In this document: positions 38,168 to 47,484 of the stretch, piece after piece
Numbering within the stretch: the first letter of the stretch is position 1
Layout of the letters: every line of letters begins with the position of its first letter
Source: Candidatus Methylomirabilota bacterium
GTDB lineage: Bacteria > Methylomirabilota > Methylomirabilia > Methylomirabilales > 2-02-FULL-66-22
DNA length: 53,378 nt
Assembly (NCBI GenBank): GCA_016180655.1
Contig: JACPAT010000027.1
Coordinates: 1 to 53,378 of the forward strand
Direction of reading: 5' to 3'
Translations under genes and position numbers: made by a program
Notes under the pieces: generated by a model
The model's database searches: none
Told to the model about the DNA's origin: nothing
The model's input: only the letters and a program-made list of their open reading frames with translations

Positions 38168-39233
38168 CGGCGCCCGGCGAATCCTGCTGGTCAAGCCGAG
38201 CGCCCTGGGCGATGTGATCCACGCCCTACCCGTGGCGGCCACCCTCCGCCGGCGCTACCCGAATATTGGCCTGGACTGGCTCGTCGAAGAAGAGGCGGCA
38301 GACCTCGTCACGGGACACCCCGCTCTGAGCGGGGTCGTGGTGTCGGGAAGGCGACGGTGGCTGCGGCAGCTCCGGAATCCGGTGGAGATCCCCCGAACGC
38401 TGATGGAGGCGAGACGCTTCGCCGCGGATCTCCGGCGCCGGCGCTACGGCGCGGTGCTGGACCTCCAGGGGCTGTTCAAGAGTGCGCTTTACGTCCTGGC
38501 GACCGGGGCTCCCATCCGGGTCGGCTTTGCCGAGGGGCGGGAGGGGGCGACGCGGGTCCTCACGCATCGGGTCGTGGCCCCCCCCCAGCCGGTGCACGCG
38601 GTGGACCGGTACCTGGCTCTGGCCTCGGCCGTGGATGCGACCGAGCCGGTTCGCGAGTTCCACATCGCGCTGGGTCCCCAGGATCTGGCCGCGGAGAGAT
38701 CCCACCTGGCGGCCTGCCGGGTACCCCCTGGGTGCCCGTGCGTCGTGTTGCACCCGGCGGCCCGCTGGCGCACCAAGCTGTGGGAGGTGGAGCGATGGCG
38801 CGAACTGGCGGCGTCGCTTCTGGCGGAAGGGATGGGGGTGATCCTCACCGGCAGCCGGCAGGATGAGGCGTTGGCGGCGACGATCGTCGCCGGCCTTTCC
38901 CCGCCGCCCGTGTCGCTGGTGGGGCGACTGTCCTTGAAGCAACTTGTGGCCGTCCTTCGGGATGTGGACCTCATGATCACGGTGGACTCGGGCCCCATGC
39001 ACATGGCTGCCGCGGTGGGGACCCCGGTCGTGGCCCTGTTCGGCCCCACCGATCCGCGGCGAACGGGACCGCTGGGTCCGGGGGCCGTCCTGCGGAAGGA
39101 GCTGCCCTGCAGCCCCTGCTTGCGGCGTCGCTGTCAGATCGCGGACACCTATCGCTGCATGCGCGATCTCGGCGTCGCCGAGGTCCTGGCGGCCGCCCGC
39201 AGCCAGCTCCGGATGCGGGCACCCCTGAGATGA
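38142..39233 (+). CDS. ADP-heptose:LPS heptosyltransferase (GT9)
   Basis: RILLVKPSALGDVIHALP N-terminus and TVDSGPMHMAAAVGTPVVALFGPT C-terminal motif. AGGAGGG RBS before ATG 38142. Confidence 0.88.
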   Translation: MSSVPIRLDGARRILLVKPSALGDVIHALPVAATLRRRYPNIGLDWLVEEEAADLVTGHPALSGVVVSGRRRWLRQLRNPVEIPRTLMEARRFAADLRRRRYGAVLDLQGLFKSALYVLATGAPIRVGFAEGREGATRVLTHRVVAPPQPVHAVDRYLALASAVDATEPVREFHIALGPQDLAAERSHLAACRVPPGCPCVVLHPAARWRTKLWEVERWRELAASLLAEGMGVILTGSRQDEALAATIVAGLSPPPVSLVGRLSLKQLVAVLRDVDLMITVDSGPMHMAAAVGTPVVALFGPTDPRRTGPLGPGAVLRKELPCSPCLRRRCQIADTYRCMRDLGVAEVLAAARSQLRMRAPLR

Positions 39234-39235
39234 AA

Positions 39236-39334
39236 CCACAGATGCACACAGATACACACAGATGGTGCAGTCGGAATGGTTCGGTGAATGAGAGGCCATT
39301 ATCCGTGTTCATCTGTGTTCATCTGTGGTTGCAT
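39236..39334. repeat. Decamer hairpin: CACAGATNNN x3 against ATCYGTGTTC x3
   Basis: CACAGAT at 39237, 39247 and 39257. ATCCGTG/ATCTGTG at 39301, 39311 and 39321. Confidence 0.8.
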
Positions 39335-40177
39335 ATGCTCTTCCTCTTGGCCGGGATCCTGGCGCTGCCGGGGCATGCCCTGGCCGGGCAGGTGCCCGAG
39401 ATGGAGCGCGTCTACCGCGAGGGCGAACGGTTGGTCTATGACGTGAGCTGGCTGGGGATCAAGGGGGGGCAGGCCACTCTCGAAGTCCGGGGCGTGGTCC
39501 AGCTCAACGGCCAGCGGGCATACCACCTGGTGACGACGGCGACCTCGGGTCCCGTGCTGTCCAAGATCTACCGGGTGGACGACCGGACCGAATCCACCAT
39601 CGCGCTCCACCCGATGCGGGCGCTGCGGTTCGAGAAGCACCTGCGGGAGGGCCGCTACCGGCACAGCAGCCAGACGGAGTTCGACCACGAAAAAGGCCGA
39701 GCGAGCTTCCGGTACCTGGATTTCAGCCGGGTGCCGCGGGAGGTCTCGCGGCTGGAAGAGGCGGAGCGCTACGGAACGTACGTGAACCAGGAGTTTCCCC
39801 TCACCCCCGGTGCCCTGGATGAGCTGTCAATCCTGTACTACGTGCGGACCCTGCCCCTGGCCTCCAGCACGACGGTCGTGACCAGCGTGTTTGCCAGCAA
39901 GAAGAATTGGGACCTGGAGGTCAAGGTGCTGAGACGGGAACCGGTGGAGACGGCCCTGGGCCGCCGAGACACGGTGGTGGTGGAGCCCCTCCTGAAATTC
40001 GAGGGGATCTTTCAGCGGAAGGGCCGGATGATCGTCTGGATGACGGACGATGCGGAGAGGATCCCGGTGCAGATGAAGAGCGAGATCATCATCGGCAGCT
40101 TCGTGGCGAGCCTTACCCGGCGGGAGGTCGGGACTCCCCCGCCGCGGCTGGACCTTCCGGGAGGGCCAGCCCAATGA
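39335..40177 (+). CDS. DUF3108 domain protein (secreted)
   Basis: Signal peptide MLFLLAGILALPGHALAG. The YDVSWLGIKGGQATLEV pattern is typical of DUF3108. The ORF upstream of 39335 is repeat read-through. Confidence 0.75.
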   Translation: MLFLLAGILALPGHALAGQVPEMERVYREGERLVYDVSWLGIKGGQATLEVRGVVQLNGQRAYHLVTTATSGPVLSKIYRVDDRTESTIALHPMRALRFEKHLREGRYRHSSQTEFDHEKGRASFRYLDFSRVPREVSRLEEAERYGTYVNQEFPLTPGALDELSILYYVRTLPLASSTTVVTSVFASKKNWDLEVKVLRREPVETALGRRDTVVVEPLLKFEGIFQRKGRMIVWMTDDAERIPVQMKSEIIIGSFVASLTRREVGTPPPRLDLPGGPAQ

Positions 40178-41142
40178 CGGTCATGCCCGCCTCCCTGGTC
40201 ACGGGCGCCGCGGGATTCATCGGCTCGCACCTGTGCGAGCGCCTCCTTCAGGCGGGTCACCGGGTCGTCGGCGTGGACGCCTTCACGGATTATTATCCCC
40301 GGGCGGTCAAGGAGGCGAACCTCGACACGCTTCGGACTCGCCCCGACTTCCGGTTCCTGGAGGTGGATCTGGCGCGGGCCGACCTCGCGCCGGTCGTGGC
40401 CGAGGCCGACTTCATCTTCCACCAGGCCGGACAGCCTGGCGTCCGCGCGAGCTGGGGCAAGGAGTTCGACGTGTACGTGGAGCACAACATCCGCGCGACG
40501 CAACGCCTGCTGGAAGCTGCCAGGGGGTCGGCCCGCCTCCAGCGACTGGTATTTGCATCCTCCTCTTCGGTGTACGGGGAGACATCTGACCTGCCGCTCC
40601 GGGAACACTCTCCGACGCGCCCGTTCTCGCCGTATGGCGTGAGCAAGCTTGCGGCCGAACACCTCTGCTCCCTGTACCACGCCAATTACGGGCTCCCCAC
40701 GGTGGCCCTGCGCTATTTCACCGTCTACGGGCCAAGGCAGCGGCCGGACATGGCCTTCCACAAGTTCATCCGGGCGGCGCTCCAGGACCGGCCCATCGTC
40801 CTGTACGGGGACGGGGAGCAAACCCGCGATTTCACCTACGTGGGTGACGCCGTGGAGGCGAACTGGCTGGCCCTGGCCCCACGCGCGGTGGGACAGGTGT
40901 TCAACATCGGGGGCGGCTCGCGCTGCAGCGTCATCCAGGTCCTGGCCAGCCTGGAGGAGATCCTGGGGCGGCCCATCCGCCGCGACCCGCGCCCGACCCC
41001 GCCGGGGGACGTCCGCCACACCTGGGCGGATACGTCCCGGGCCAAGGAGATCCTGGCGTTCTCTCCCCGCGTTTCCCTCCAGGAGGGTCTGGCCCGCCAG
41101 GTGGCATGGCTCCGGATGACCGCCCCCCCGGAGAGCGGATAG
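40174..41142 (+). CDS. NAD-dependent nucleotide-sugar epimerase/dehydratase (extended SDR)
   Basis: VTGAAGFIGSHL Rossmann motif and the YGVSK catalytic motif. ATGA overlap with the preceding gene. Confidence 0.88.
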   Translation: MTVMPASLVTGAAGFIGSHLCERLLQAGHRVVGVDAFTDYYPRAVKEANLDTLRTRPDFRFLEVDLARADLAPVVAEADFIFHQAGQPGVRASWGKEFDVYVEHNIRATQRLLEAARGSARLQRLVFASSSSVYGETSDLPLREHSPTRPFSPYGVSKLAAEHLCSLYHANYGLPTVALRYFTVYGPRQRPDMAFHKFIRAALQDRPIVLYGDGEQTRDFTYVGDAVEANWLALAPRAVGQVFNIGGGSRCSVIQVLASLEEILGRPIRRDPRPTPPGDVRHTWADTSRAKEILAFSPRVSLQEGLARQVAWLRMTAPPESG

Positions 41143-41428
41143 CTCTCGCCTCGACATCCACCTTTCTCGCACCTCCACCTCGCTGCCAGGGCAATCCAGA
41201 TTCCCCGACGGTCCATCGGCCCTATCGGGGCAGCTTCCTTCCGGCCTCCTCGCTTGGACCGAAAGGACCGTGTCCCGAGACAATCTCTGGAAAGACCTTG
41301 ACGCTCCCCATCGGTCCAATTCAACATCTATGGAACGGCGAGCTTGTGGGACCATCGGGGGGCCGTGATGGATCGAGCGGGCTCCACTGCGGGGGCCGGG
41401 ACGAACGGGGAGGGGGAGGAGGAGCGTC

Positions 41429-42637
41429 ATGAAGCGCATGGGGTGGATTTCGATGCTCGCCATTGCCCTGGTATGCATGGCGACGTCAGCCAGCGTCGCC
41501 GGTGAGGTCATCAAGGTGGGGTTGCCCCTCCCGCTCACGGGCATCCATGCCAAGTTTGGCGAGGCCATTCGGAATGCCTACCTGCTGGGCCTGGAGGAGA
41601 TCACCGCGGCCGGCGGCGTGACCAAGGGAGCGTTCAAGGGGAGCAAGATCGAGCTCCTCATCGAGGACACCACCAGCAAGCCGGAGGTGGCGCGCTCGGC
41701 GGTGGAGAAGTTGATCACACGGGACAAGGTTCCGATGATCGTCGGCGAGTATTCGAGCTCCAACGTTTTCGCCGTGGCGGCCGTGGCCGATAAGTTCCAG
41801 ATCCCGTATCTCTCCCAGACCGGGGCGGCCGACAACATCACGCAGCAGGGCTGGAAGTGGGTCTTTCGGGTCAATCAGCCAGCCAGCGAGTACGCCGGAG
41901 GCCTGCAAGACTTCCTCCTCAAAGTCGTGAAGCCCAAGAGCATGGCCATCCTGTTCGAGAACACCCTCTTCGGAACCAGCCTCTCCAAGGCGGTGCAGGA
42001 GTGGACCAAGGAGGTGGGCATCGAGGTCACCAACTTCGAGCCGTATGAGGCCGGGGCCATTGACTTCAAACCGATGCTGCTGAAGGTGAAGGCCAAGAAT
42101 CCGGACGTGATGTTCATGGTCTCTTACCTCATGGACGCCATGCTCCTGATGCGCCAGTCCAAGGAGCTGGACATCAACCCCAAGATCTTCGCCGGCGGCG
42201 CCGCCGGCTTCACCATGCCGGAGTTCATCGAGGGGGCCAGGGGGGCCGCGGAGCTGGTCTATTCTGCCACCCTGTGGGCGCCCGACGTGAAGTACAAGGG
42301 CGCCAGGGAGTTCTACGACAAGTACTATAAGAAATACGGAGTGCATCCGGAGTACCACTCCACCGAGGGATACGCGGCGGCCTACGTCCTGAAGGATGTC
42401 CTGGAGCGGACGAAGTCGCTGAAGAACGAGGACCTGCGGGAGGCCCTGGCCGCGACCGACATGTTGACCCCCTTCGGGCCGGTGAAGTTCGAGGCCTACA
42501 AGAAGTTTATCAACCAGAACCGCCTGCCGACGTTGGTGGTGCAGATCCAGAAGGGGAAGCTGGTGACGGTCTGGCCGAAGGAGTTTGCGGCGGCGGACTA
42601 CGTGTACCCGGTGCCCAAGTGGGCCGAGCGGAAGTAG
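41429..42637 (+). CDS. ABC transporter substrate-binding protein, branched-chain amino acid (LivK/LivJ-like, PBP type 1)
   Basis: Signal peptide and type 1 periplasmic binding fold similarity. Followed by livHMGF-type genes. Confidence 0.88.
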   Translation: MKRMGWISMLAIALVCMATSASVAGEVIKVGLPLPLTGIHAKFGEAIRNAYLLGLEEITAAGGVTKGAFKGSKIELLIEDTTSKPEVARSAVEKLITRDKVPMIVGEYSSSNVFAVAAVADKFQIPYLSQTGAADNITQQGWKWVFRVNQPASEYAGGLQDFLLKVVKPKSMAILFENTLFGTSLSKAVQEWTKEVGIEVTNFEPYEAGAIDFKPMLLKVKAKNPDVMFMVSYLMDAMLLMRQSKELDINPKIFAGGAAGFTMPEFIEGARGAAELVYSATLWAPDVKYKGAREFYDKYYKKYGVHPEYHSTEGYAAAYVLKDVLERTKSLKNEDLREALAATDMLTPFGPVKFEAYKKFINQNRLPTLVVQIQKGKLVTVWPKEFAAADYVYPVPKWAERK

Positions 42638-42663
42638 GGTAGGCGGGAATCCAGCAATGGGAG

Positions 42664-42696
42664 GGCGCGGGGTGGGCATACCGCTCGCCCCGCGCC
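42664..42696 (+). other. Intercistronic stem-loop GGCGCGGGG...CCCCGCGCC between the binding-protein and permease genes
   Basis: 9-bp GC stem with a 15-nt loop and no T-tract. Confidence 0.5.
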
Positions 42697-42723
42697 ATGG
42701 CTGAGGGACAGCGGAAGGGGCAC

Positions 42724-43602
42724 ATGGATTTGACTATCCTGCTCCAGACCGTCCTGGCCGGCGTCCTTGTCGGGGGGCTCTACGGCCTCATCGGCATGGG
42801 GATGGCGATCAACTTCGGCGTCCTCCGCATCATCAACCTGGCCCAGGGCGAGCTGTTGATGGTCGGCATGTATGTCTGCTACTGGGTCTTCACGCTCTGG
42901 GGCCTCGACCCGCTCCTCTCCCCCGTGGTGACGATTCCGTTCCTATTCGTGCTGGGAGTCGTCATCCACCGGTTCCTCCTGACCCCGCTCATCCGGGCGC
43001 GGGCGCTCCCGGAGAATCAGATCCTGCTGACGGTGGGGGTTGGGCTGGTGTTGACCAACGCGGCCCTCCTGGCCTTCACCTCTAACTACCGCACCATCAC
43101 CACGAGCTATTCGGCCTCGCTGATCACGCTGGGCTCCATCGCCGTCAGCCTCCCGGCCGTGCTGGCCTTCGGCATCGCCATGCTGGTCTCCTCGGCGCTA
43201 TGGCTCTTCCTGATGAAGACCGACCTGGGCAAGTGCATCCGGGCCACGGCCCAGGATCCGGATGCCGCCCTGCTGATGGGGGTCAACGTCGAGCGGATCT
43301 CCGTCATCACCTTCGGCATCGGCGCCGCCCTGGAGGGGGCCGCGGGATCCCTCCTGGTCCTCGTCTACTACCTGTTCCCGGCCCTGGGCGGCATCTTCAC
43401 CCTCAAGGCGTTCATCGTGGTGGTCCTGGGCGGCCTGGGGAGTACCCTGGGGGCCCTCCTGGGGGGGATCGTCCTGGGCCTGGCGGAATCGTTGGGGGCG
43501 GTCTTCGTCTCCACCGGCTATAAGGATGCCATCGGCTTCATCGTCTTCGTCCTCATGTTGATCTTCCGGCCCGCCGGCCTGGTGGGCAAGGCGCGGATGT
43601 AA
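42724..43602 (+). CDS. livH: Branched-chain amino acid ABC transporter permease
   Basis: LivH-type TM protein. GAAGGGG RBS before ATG 42724. Confidence 0.88.
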   Translation: MDLTILLQTVLAGVLVGGLYGLIGMGMAINFGVLRIINLAQGELLMVGMYVCYWVFTLWGLDPLLSPVVTIPFLFVLGVVIHRFLLTPLIRARALPENQILLTVGVGLVLTNAALLAFTSNYRTITTSYSASLITLGSIAVSLPAVLAFGIAMLVSSALWLFLMKTDLGKCIRATAQDPDAALLMGVNVERISVITFGIGAALEGAAGSLLVLVYYLFPALGGIFTLKAFIVVVLGGLGSTLGALLGGIVLGLAESLGAVFVSTGYKDAIGFIVFVLMLIFRPAGLVGKARM

Positions 43603-43611
43603 GGGGCCTTC

Positions 43612-44592
43612 ATGGCGGCGCGGGGGGGAAAGGGCTGGCGTTGGGGTGGGGCGGTCCTGGGTGTGGCTGTCCTCCTGGGGTTCCCGATCGTTGTGTCTGA
43701 CGTGTACCTGCAGCACCTGGCCATCTTCTTTTTGCTCTGGGTGACGCTGGGCACGAGCTGGAACCTGCTGGGCGGATACGCGGGCCAGATCTCCTTCGGG
43801 CACGCCGCCTTCTTCGGCATGGGGGCCTACACCTCCAGCCTTCTCTTTGCGAAGCTGGGATTTCCCCCCTGGCCAGGGATGCTGCTGGGGGGCGTGGCGG
43901 GGATCCTCCTGGCCCTCCCCATGGGGCACATCTGCTTCCGCCTGCGGGGACCGTTCTTTGCCCTGTCCATGCTGGCCCTCTCGGAGTTCCTCCGACTCGT
44001 AACCCTGAACTGGCGCGATCTCACGGAAGGGGCGGTGGGGATCCTGCTGCCGCCCTTCTTCATCAGCAAGCTGCCCTATTACTACATCGCCCTGGCCTTG
44101 GCGGCCGCGACCATGCTGGCCACGTGGTTCCTGGTGGACTCCAAGGTAGGGTTCTACCTGCTGGCCATCCGGGAAGACCAGGATGCGGCCGAGGCCCTCG
44201 GCATCGACACCACCTGGTACAAACTGGTGGCCCTCATGGTGAGCGCCTTCTTCTCGGCGATGGCTGGAAGCTACTACGCCAACTACATGGCCTACATCGA
44301 TCCGCCCATCGTGTTTTCCATCGTGGACATCTCCATCGCCATGATCCTGGTGGCGGTGCTGGGCGGGATGGGCACGCTGTGGGGCCCCGTCGTGGGAGCC
44401 CTGGTCATCGTGACCCTGTCGGAGGCCTTCCGCGCCTACTTCGCCGCCGCCCACCTGATCGTGTACGGGGTCCTCATCATCGTGGTCATCGTCTTCATGC
44501 CCGAGGGCATCGTCGGGAGCTTGGCCGCCCGGGGGCCGCGGTGGCTCCGGCCTCGGGTGGCAACGGACGCGCCCGGGGCCAGCCAGGGGTGA
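43612..44592 (+). CDS. livM: Branched-chain amino acid ABC transporter permease
   Basis: LivM-type TM protein (GYAGQISFGHAAFFGMGAY). Confidence 0.88.
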   Translation: MAARGGKGWRWGGAVLGVAVLLGFPIVVSDVYLQHLAIFFLLWVTLGTSWNLLGGYAGQISFGHAAFFGMGAYTSSLLFAKLGFPPWPGMLLGGVAGILLALPMGHICFRLRGPFFALSMLALSEFLRLVTLNWRDLTEGAVGILLPPFFISKLPYYYIALALAAATMLATWFLVDSKVGFYLLAIREDQDAAEALGIDTTWYKLVALMVSAFFSAMAGSYYANYMAYIDPPIVFSIVDISIAMILVAVLGGMGTLWGPVVGALVIVTLSEAFRAYFAAAHLIVYGVLIIVVIVFMPEGIVGSLAARGPRWLRPRVATDAPGASQG

Positions 44593-44596
44593 TGAT

Positions 44597-45331
44597 ATGG
44601 GCTGGATGCTGGATGTCCGGAAGCTCTCCAAGGTCTTCGGCGGCCTCCCGGCCCTTGTGAACGTGGATTTTGGCATCGCCCCCGGGGAGATCGTCGGCCT
44701 CATCGGCCCCAACGGCGCCGGAAAGACCACGCTCTTCAATGTCATCACCGGGGTGTTCCGGCCGACCTCCGGGGAGATCCTCTTCGAAGGGAAGAACCTC
44801 GTGGGCCTGAAGCCCCATGACATCTGCCGGCTCGGCATCACGCGCACCTTCCAGGTGGTGAAACCGCTTCCGAAGATGACGGTCCTGGAAAACGTCATGG
44901 TGGGGGCCTTCGCCCGGGTCGGGACCAAGGAAGAGGCGCGGGAGATTGCTCTCCGCGAGCTGGAGTTCACCGGCCTCCTCCCCAAGCGTGACGCCCTGGC
45001 CCGCAGCCTGACCCTGGCCGACCGCAAACTGCTCGAGCTGACCCGTGCCGTGGCCACCCGCCCGAAGCTCATCCTGCTGGACGAAGTAGTGGCGGGCCTG
45101 AACCCGACGGAGACCGAGGAGACCATCACCCTCATCCAGCGGCTTCCCGAACGGGGGATCGCCGCGGTGGCGGGGGTGGAACACGTGATGCGGGTCATCA
45201 TGACGATCTCCCATCGCATCGTGGTCCTGAATTACGGGCGGAAGATTGCCCAGGGCTCGCCCGAGGAGGTAGGCCACAACCCGGAGGTGATCGAGGCCTA
45301 TCTGGGAGAGGCGTATGCTGAGACTTCGTGA
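44597..45331 (+). CDS. livG: Branched-chain amino acid ABC transporter ATP-binding protein
   Basis: Walker A GPNGAGKTT and the LivG-type C-terminus. Confidence 0.9.
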   Translation: MGWMLDVRKLSKVFGGLPALVNVDFGIAPGEIVGLIGPNGAGKTTLFNVITGVFRPTSGEILFEGKNLVGLKPHDICRLGITRTFQVVKPLPKMTVLENVMVGAFARVGTKEEAREIALRELEFTGLLPKRDALARSLTLADRKLLELTRAVATRPKLILLDEVVAGLNPTETEETITLIQRLPERGIAAVAGVEHVMRVIMTISHRIVVLNYGRKIAQGSPEEVGHNPEVIEAYLGEAYAETS

Positions 45332-46019
45332 TGTCAGCGTGTTCTACGGCGACATGCAAGCCCTCCACGACGTCTCCCTCGAGATCCAGCAGGGGGAGAT
45401 CGTGGCGCTGGTGGGCGCCAACGGGGCCGGCAAGACGACGACCCTGAAGACCATCTCTGGCCTCCTCCGACCGGCGGCGGGAAGCATCGAATTCGACGGG
45501 ACACGCCTGGATGCCGTTCCAGCCCACGACATGGCGAAGCTGGGCATCGCCCACGTCCCCGAGGGACGCCGCCTGTTTCCTCTCTTGACGGTGGAGGAGA
45601 ACCTGGACCTCGGATCCATGACTCCCGCCGCCCGGGCGCAGCGTTCTGAAACAAAGGAGTGGGTATTCAAGCTGCTGGCCCGACTGGCCGAGCGCCGCCA
45701 CCAACTGGCGGAGACGCTGAGCGGCGGCGAGCAGCAGATGTGCGCCATCGCCCGCGGGCTGATGGCCCGGCCCAAGCTGTTGCTGCTGGACGAGCCTTCC
45801 CTGGGACTTGCCCCCATCCTGGTCAACGAGCTCTTCGCTACCATCGCGGCAATTAACCGGGAGGGGGTGACGATCCTGCTGGTCGAACAGAATGTGCGGC
45901 GGTCCCTGGCGCTGGCCGGCCGGGCCTACGTTCTCGAGAACGGGCGGATCGTCCTCTCGGGCCCCACGGCGGATCTGAAGACGAATCCGCACGTCAAGAA
46001 GGCCTACCTGGGCCTGTAG
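45315..46019 (+). CDS. livF: Branched-chain amino acid ABC transporter ATP-binding protein
   Basis: Walker A GANGAGKTT and signature LSGGEQQMCAIARGL. Confidence 0.9.
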   Translation: MLRLRDVSVFYGDMQALHDVSLEIQQGEIVALVGANGAGKTTTLKTISGLLRPAAGSIEFDGTRLDAVPAHDMAKLGIAHVPEGRRLFPLLTVEENLDLGSMTPAARAQRSETKEWVFKLLARLAERRHQLAETLSGGEQQMCAIARGLMARPKLLLLDEPSLGLAPILVNELFATIAAINREGVTILLVEQNVRRSLALAGRAYVLENGRIVLSGPTADLKTNPHVKKAYLGL

Positions 46020-46035
46020 CTCCAAGGGGCTCCCT

Positions 46036-46107
46036 CGGATTTTCGATTGTGGATTTCCGATTTGGGATTTGGAAATCCGCAATCCGCAATCCAAAATCCG
46101 CAATCGC
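46036..46107. repeat. Heptamer hairpin with a 2-nt loop: NGGATTT x5 against AAATCCG/CAATCCG x5
   Basis: CGGATTT TCGATTG TGGATTT CCGATTT GGGATTT-gg-AAATCCG CAATCCG CAATCCA AAATCCG CAATCGC. Confidence 0.85.
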
Positions 46108-46143
46108 GCTGGGATGGCGCCCCGTAAGAAAGGATGCAGCCCC

Positions 46144-46791
46144 ATGCTGGTGCAACACTGGATGACCAGAGATGTGGTGACCGTCGAGGCGGACATGCCA
46201 TTCCTGGAGGCCCGCGTCGTCATGAAGGACAAGCGCATCCGGCATCTGCCGATCGTGGAACGCGGCAAGCTGATCGGGGTCGTCACCGACCGGGACCTGA
46301 AGCAGGCGGCCCCGTCGGGCGCCACGACCCTGGATGTCTTCGAGTTGAACTACCTCTTGCTCAAGATGAAGGTGCGGGACCTGATCACGCGGGATCCCAT
46401 CACCATCCGGCCGACGAACAGCGTGGAAAAGGCGGCGCTCTTGATGCACGACCACAAGATCGGCTGCCTGCCGGTCGTGGACGAGACCGGGAGCCTGGTG
46501 GGAATGATCACCGAGACGGACCTGCTGGAGGTGATGGTGGAGATCCTGGGGTACAAGGAGAAGGGCACCCGGATCGCCTTCGAGGTGCTGGATACCCCGG
46601 AGGCCTGCCAGGAGCTGGTGCACGTGCTCCGCGACTTCCGCCTGGACCTGCGGAGCCTGGTCACCTGCGCGCTCCACACGCGGCCCGGCTACCGCGATTT
46701 CGTCATCCGGGTGAAAGGGGAGCAGGCCGACGCGCTGGTCACGGAGCTGAAGGCGAAGTATGGCGCCGGCGTGAGCGTCCTCGTCACCTGA
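46144..46791 (+). CDS. CBS-pair plus ACT-like domain protein (AcuB-like)
   Basis: Two CBS motifs (MTRDVVTV..., ITRDPITI...) and a C-terminal ACT-like region. ATG 46144. Confidence 0.8.
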   Translation: MLVQHWMTRDVVTVEADMPFLEARVVMKDKRIRHLPIVERGKLIGVVTDRDLKQAAPSGATTLDVFELNYLLLKMKVRDLITRDPITIRPTNSVEKAALLMHDHKIGCLPVVDETGSLVGMITETDLLEVMVEILGYKEKGTRIAFEVLDTPEACQELVHVLRDFRLDLRSLVTCALHTRPGYRDFVIRVKGEQADALVTELKAKYGAGVSVLVT

Positions 46792-46875
46792 TTGACGAAG
46801 GGTTGGGATGGGTGTATTGAATCCCCAATCGGGAATTACCGATCACACCTTGGACCCTTGCGGGAGAGTGAGAGA

Positions 46876-47310
46876 ATGACCGGGCCACAGCGTGAGGCTC
46901 CCAGGCCGGCCCGGCGGGCGCGGATCCTCATCGCCGAGGACGACCCGGACATGCGTGAGCTGATCAGGGCCCTCGTGGAGGACCTCGGGCTTGAGTGCGT
47001 GGCGGTCCCTGACGGGCAGGCTGCCCTGGACGAAGTGGCCGCACGGCCGCCGGACCTCATCCTCTCCGATCTGAACATGCCGCGGGTGGGCGGGATCGAA
47101 CTCTGCCGTCGGGTGAAAGCCGACCCTGCCACCCGGTCCATTCCGGTCGTCCTGGTCACCGGGATCGGGGAGGAGTTCGAGGGGACGGGGGCCGAGGTGG
47201 GGGCGGACGCGTTCATGGGGAAGCCCTTCGTTCTGACAGACTTCCGGGCCCGGATCCACGCCCTGCTTGGGCCGCAGGCGCTCCGCAGCCCCGATGCCGG
47301 AACGGCGTGA
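46876..47310 (+). CDS. Stand-alone response regulator receiver (CheY-like) protein
   Basis: RILIAEDDPDMR, phospho-acceptor LILSDLNMP, and the conserved VTG and K (GKPF) motifs. Confidence 0.88.
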   Translation: MTGPQREAPRPARRARILIAEDDPDMRELIRALVEDLGLECVAVPDGQAALDEVAARPPDLILSDLNMPRVGGIELCRRVKADPATRSIPVVLVTGIGEEFEGTGAEVGADAFMGKPFVLTDFRARIHALLGPQALRSPDAGTA

Positions 47311-47408
47311 GCCACCGGCGGAGCGGCGGTTCCGAGGCGCCTTTTCTGAATCCTCTCAGTGACGACCTTTCCGCCACGGCCCATCAGATTCCGGCAATCA
47401 ACCTCACA

Positions 47409-47436
47409 GTGACAGCGCCACCAGACGTGCTATACT
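47409..47436 (+). promoter_or_regulatory. Candidate sigma70 promoter: GTGACA, 16 nt spacer, TGc-TATACT (extended -10)
   Basis: Hexamers read directly, ~50 nt upstream of the Memo-like gene. Confidence 0.6.
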
Positions 47437-47484
47437 CGCGCCCGGGAGAACCGGGAGAGGCAATGTCCGGCGAAAGGGGGGGCC

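Noticed and set aside
39230-39334. N-terminal 35 aa of the DUF3108 ORF, and similar N-terminal extensions at 46069-46143, 48318-48413, 31923-31982 and 49705-49776
   Set aside because: These stretches are translations of the tandem arrays. Genuine starts with an RBS or a signal peptide lie downstream.
41296-41330. TTGACG followed by TCAACA/CAACAT as a liv operon promoter
   Set aside because: The -10 is poor. The 286-bp gap must contain a promoter, but I cannot place it from sequence.
46792-46820. TTGACG, 17 nt spacer, TATTGA as a promoter for the receiver gene
   Set aside because: The -35 is good but the -10 matches only 3 of 6 positions. It is too weak to list as a feature without transcript data.
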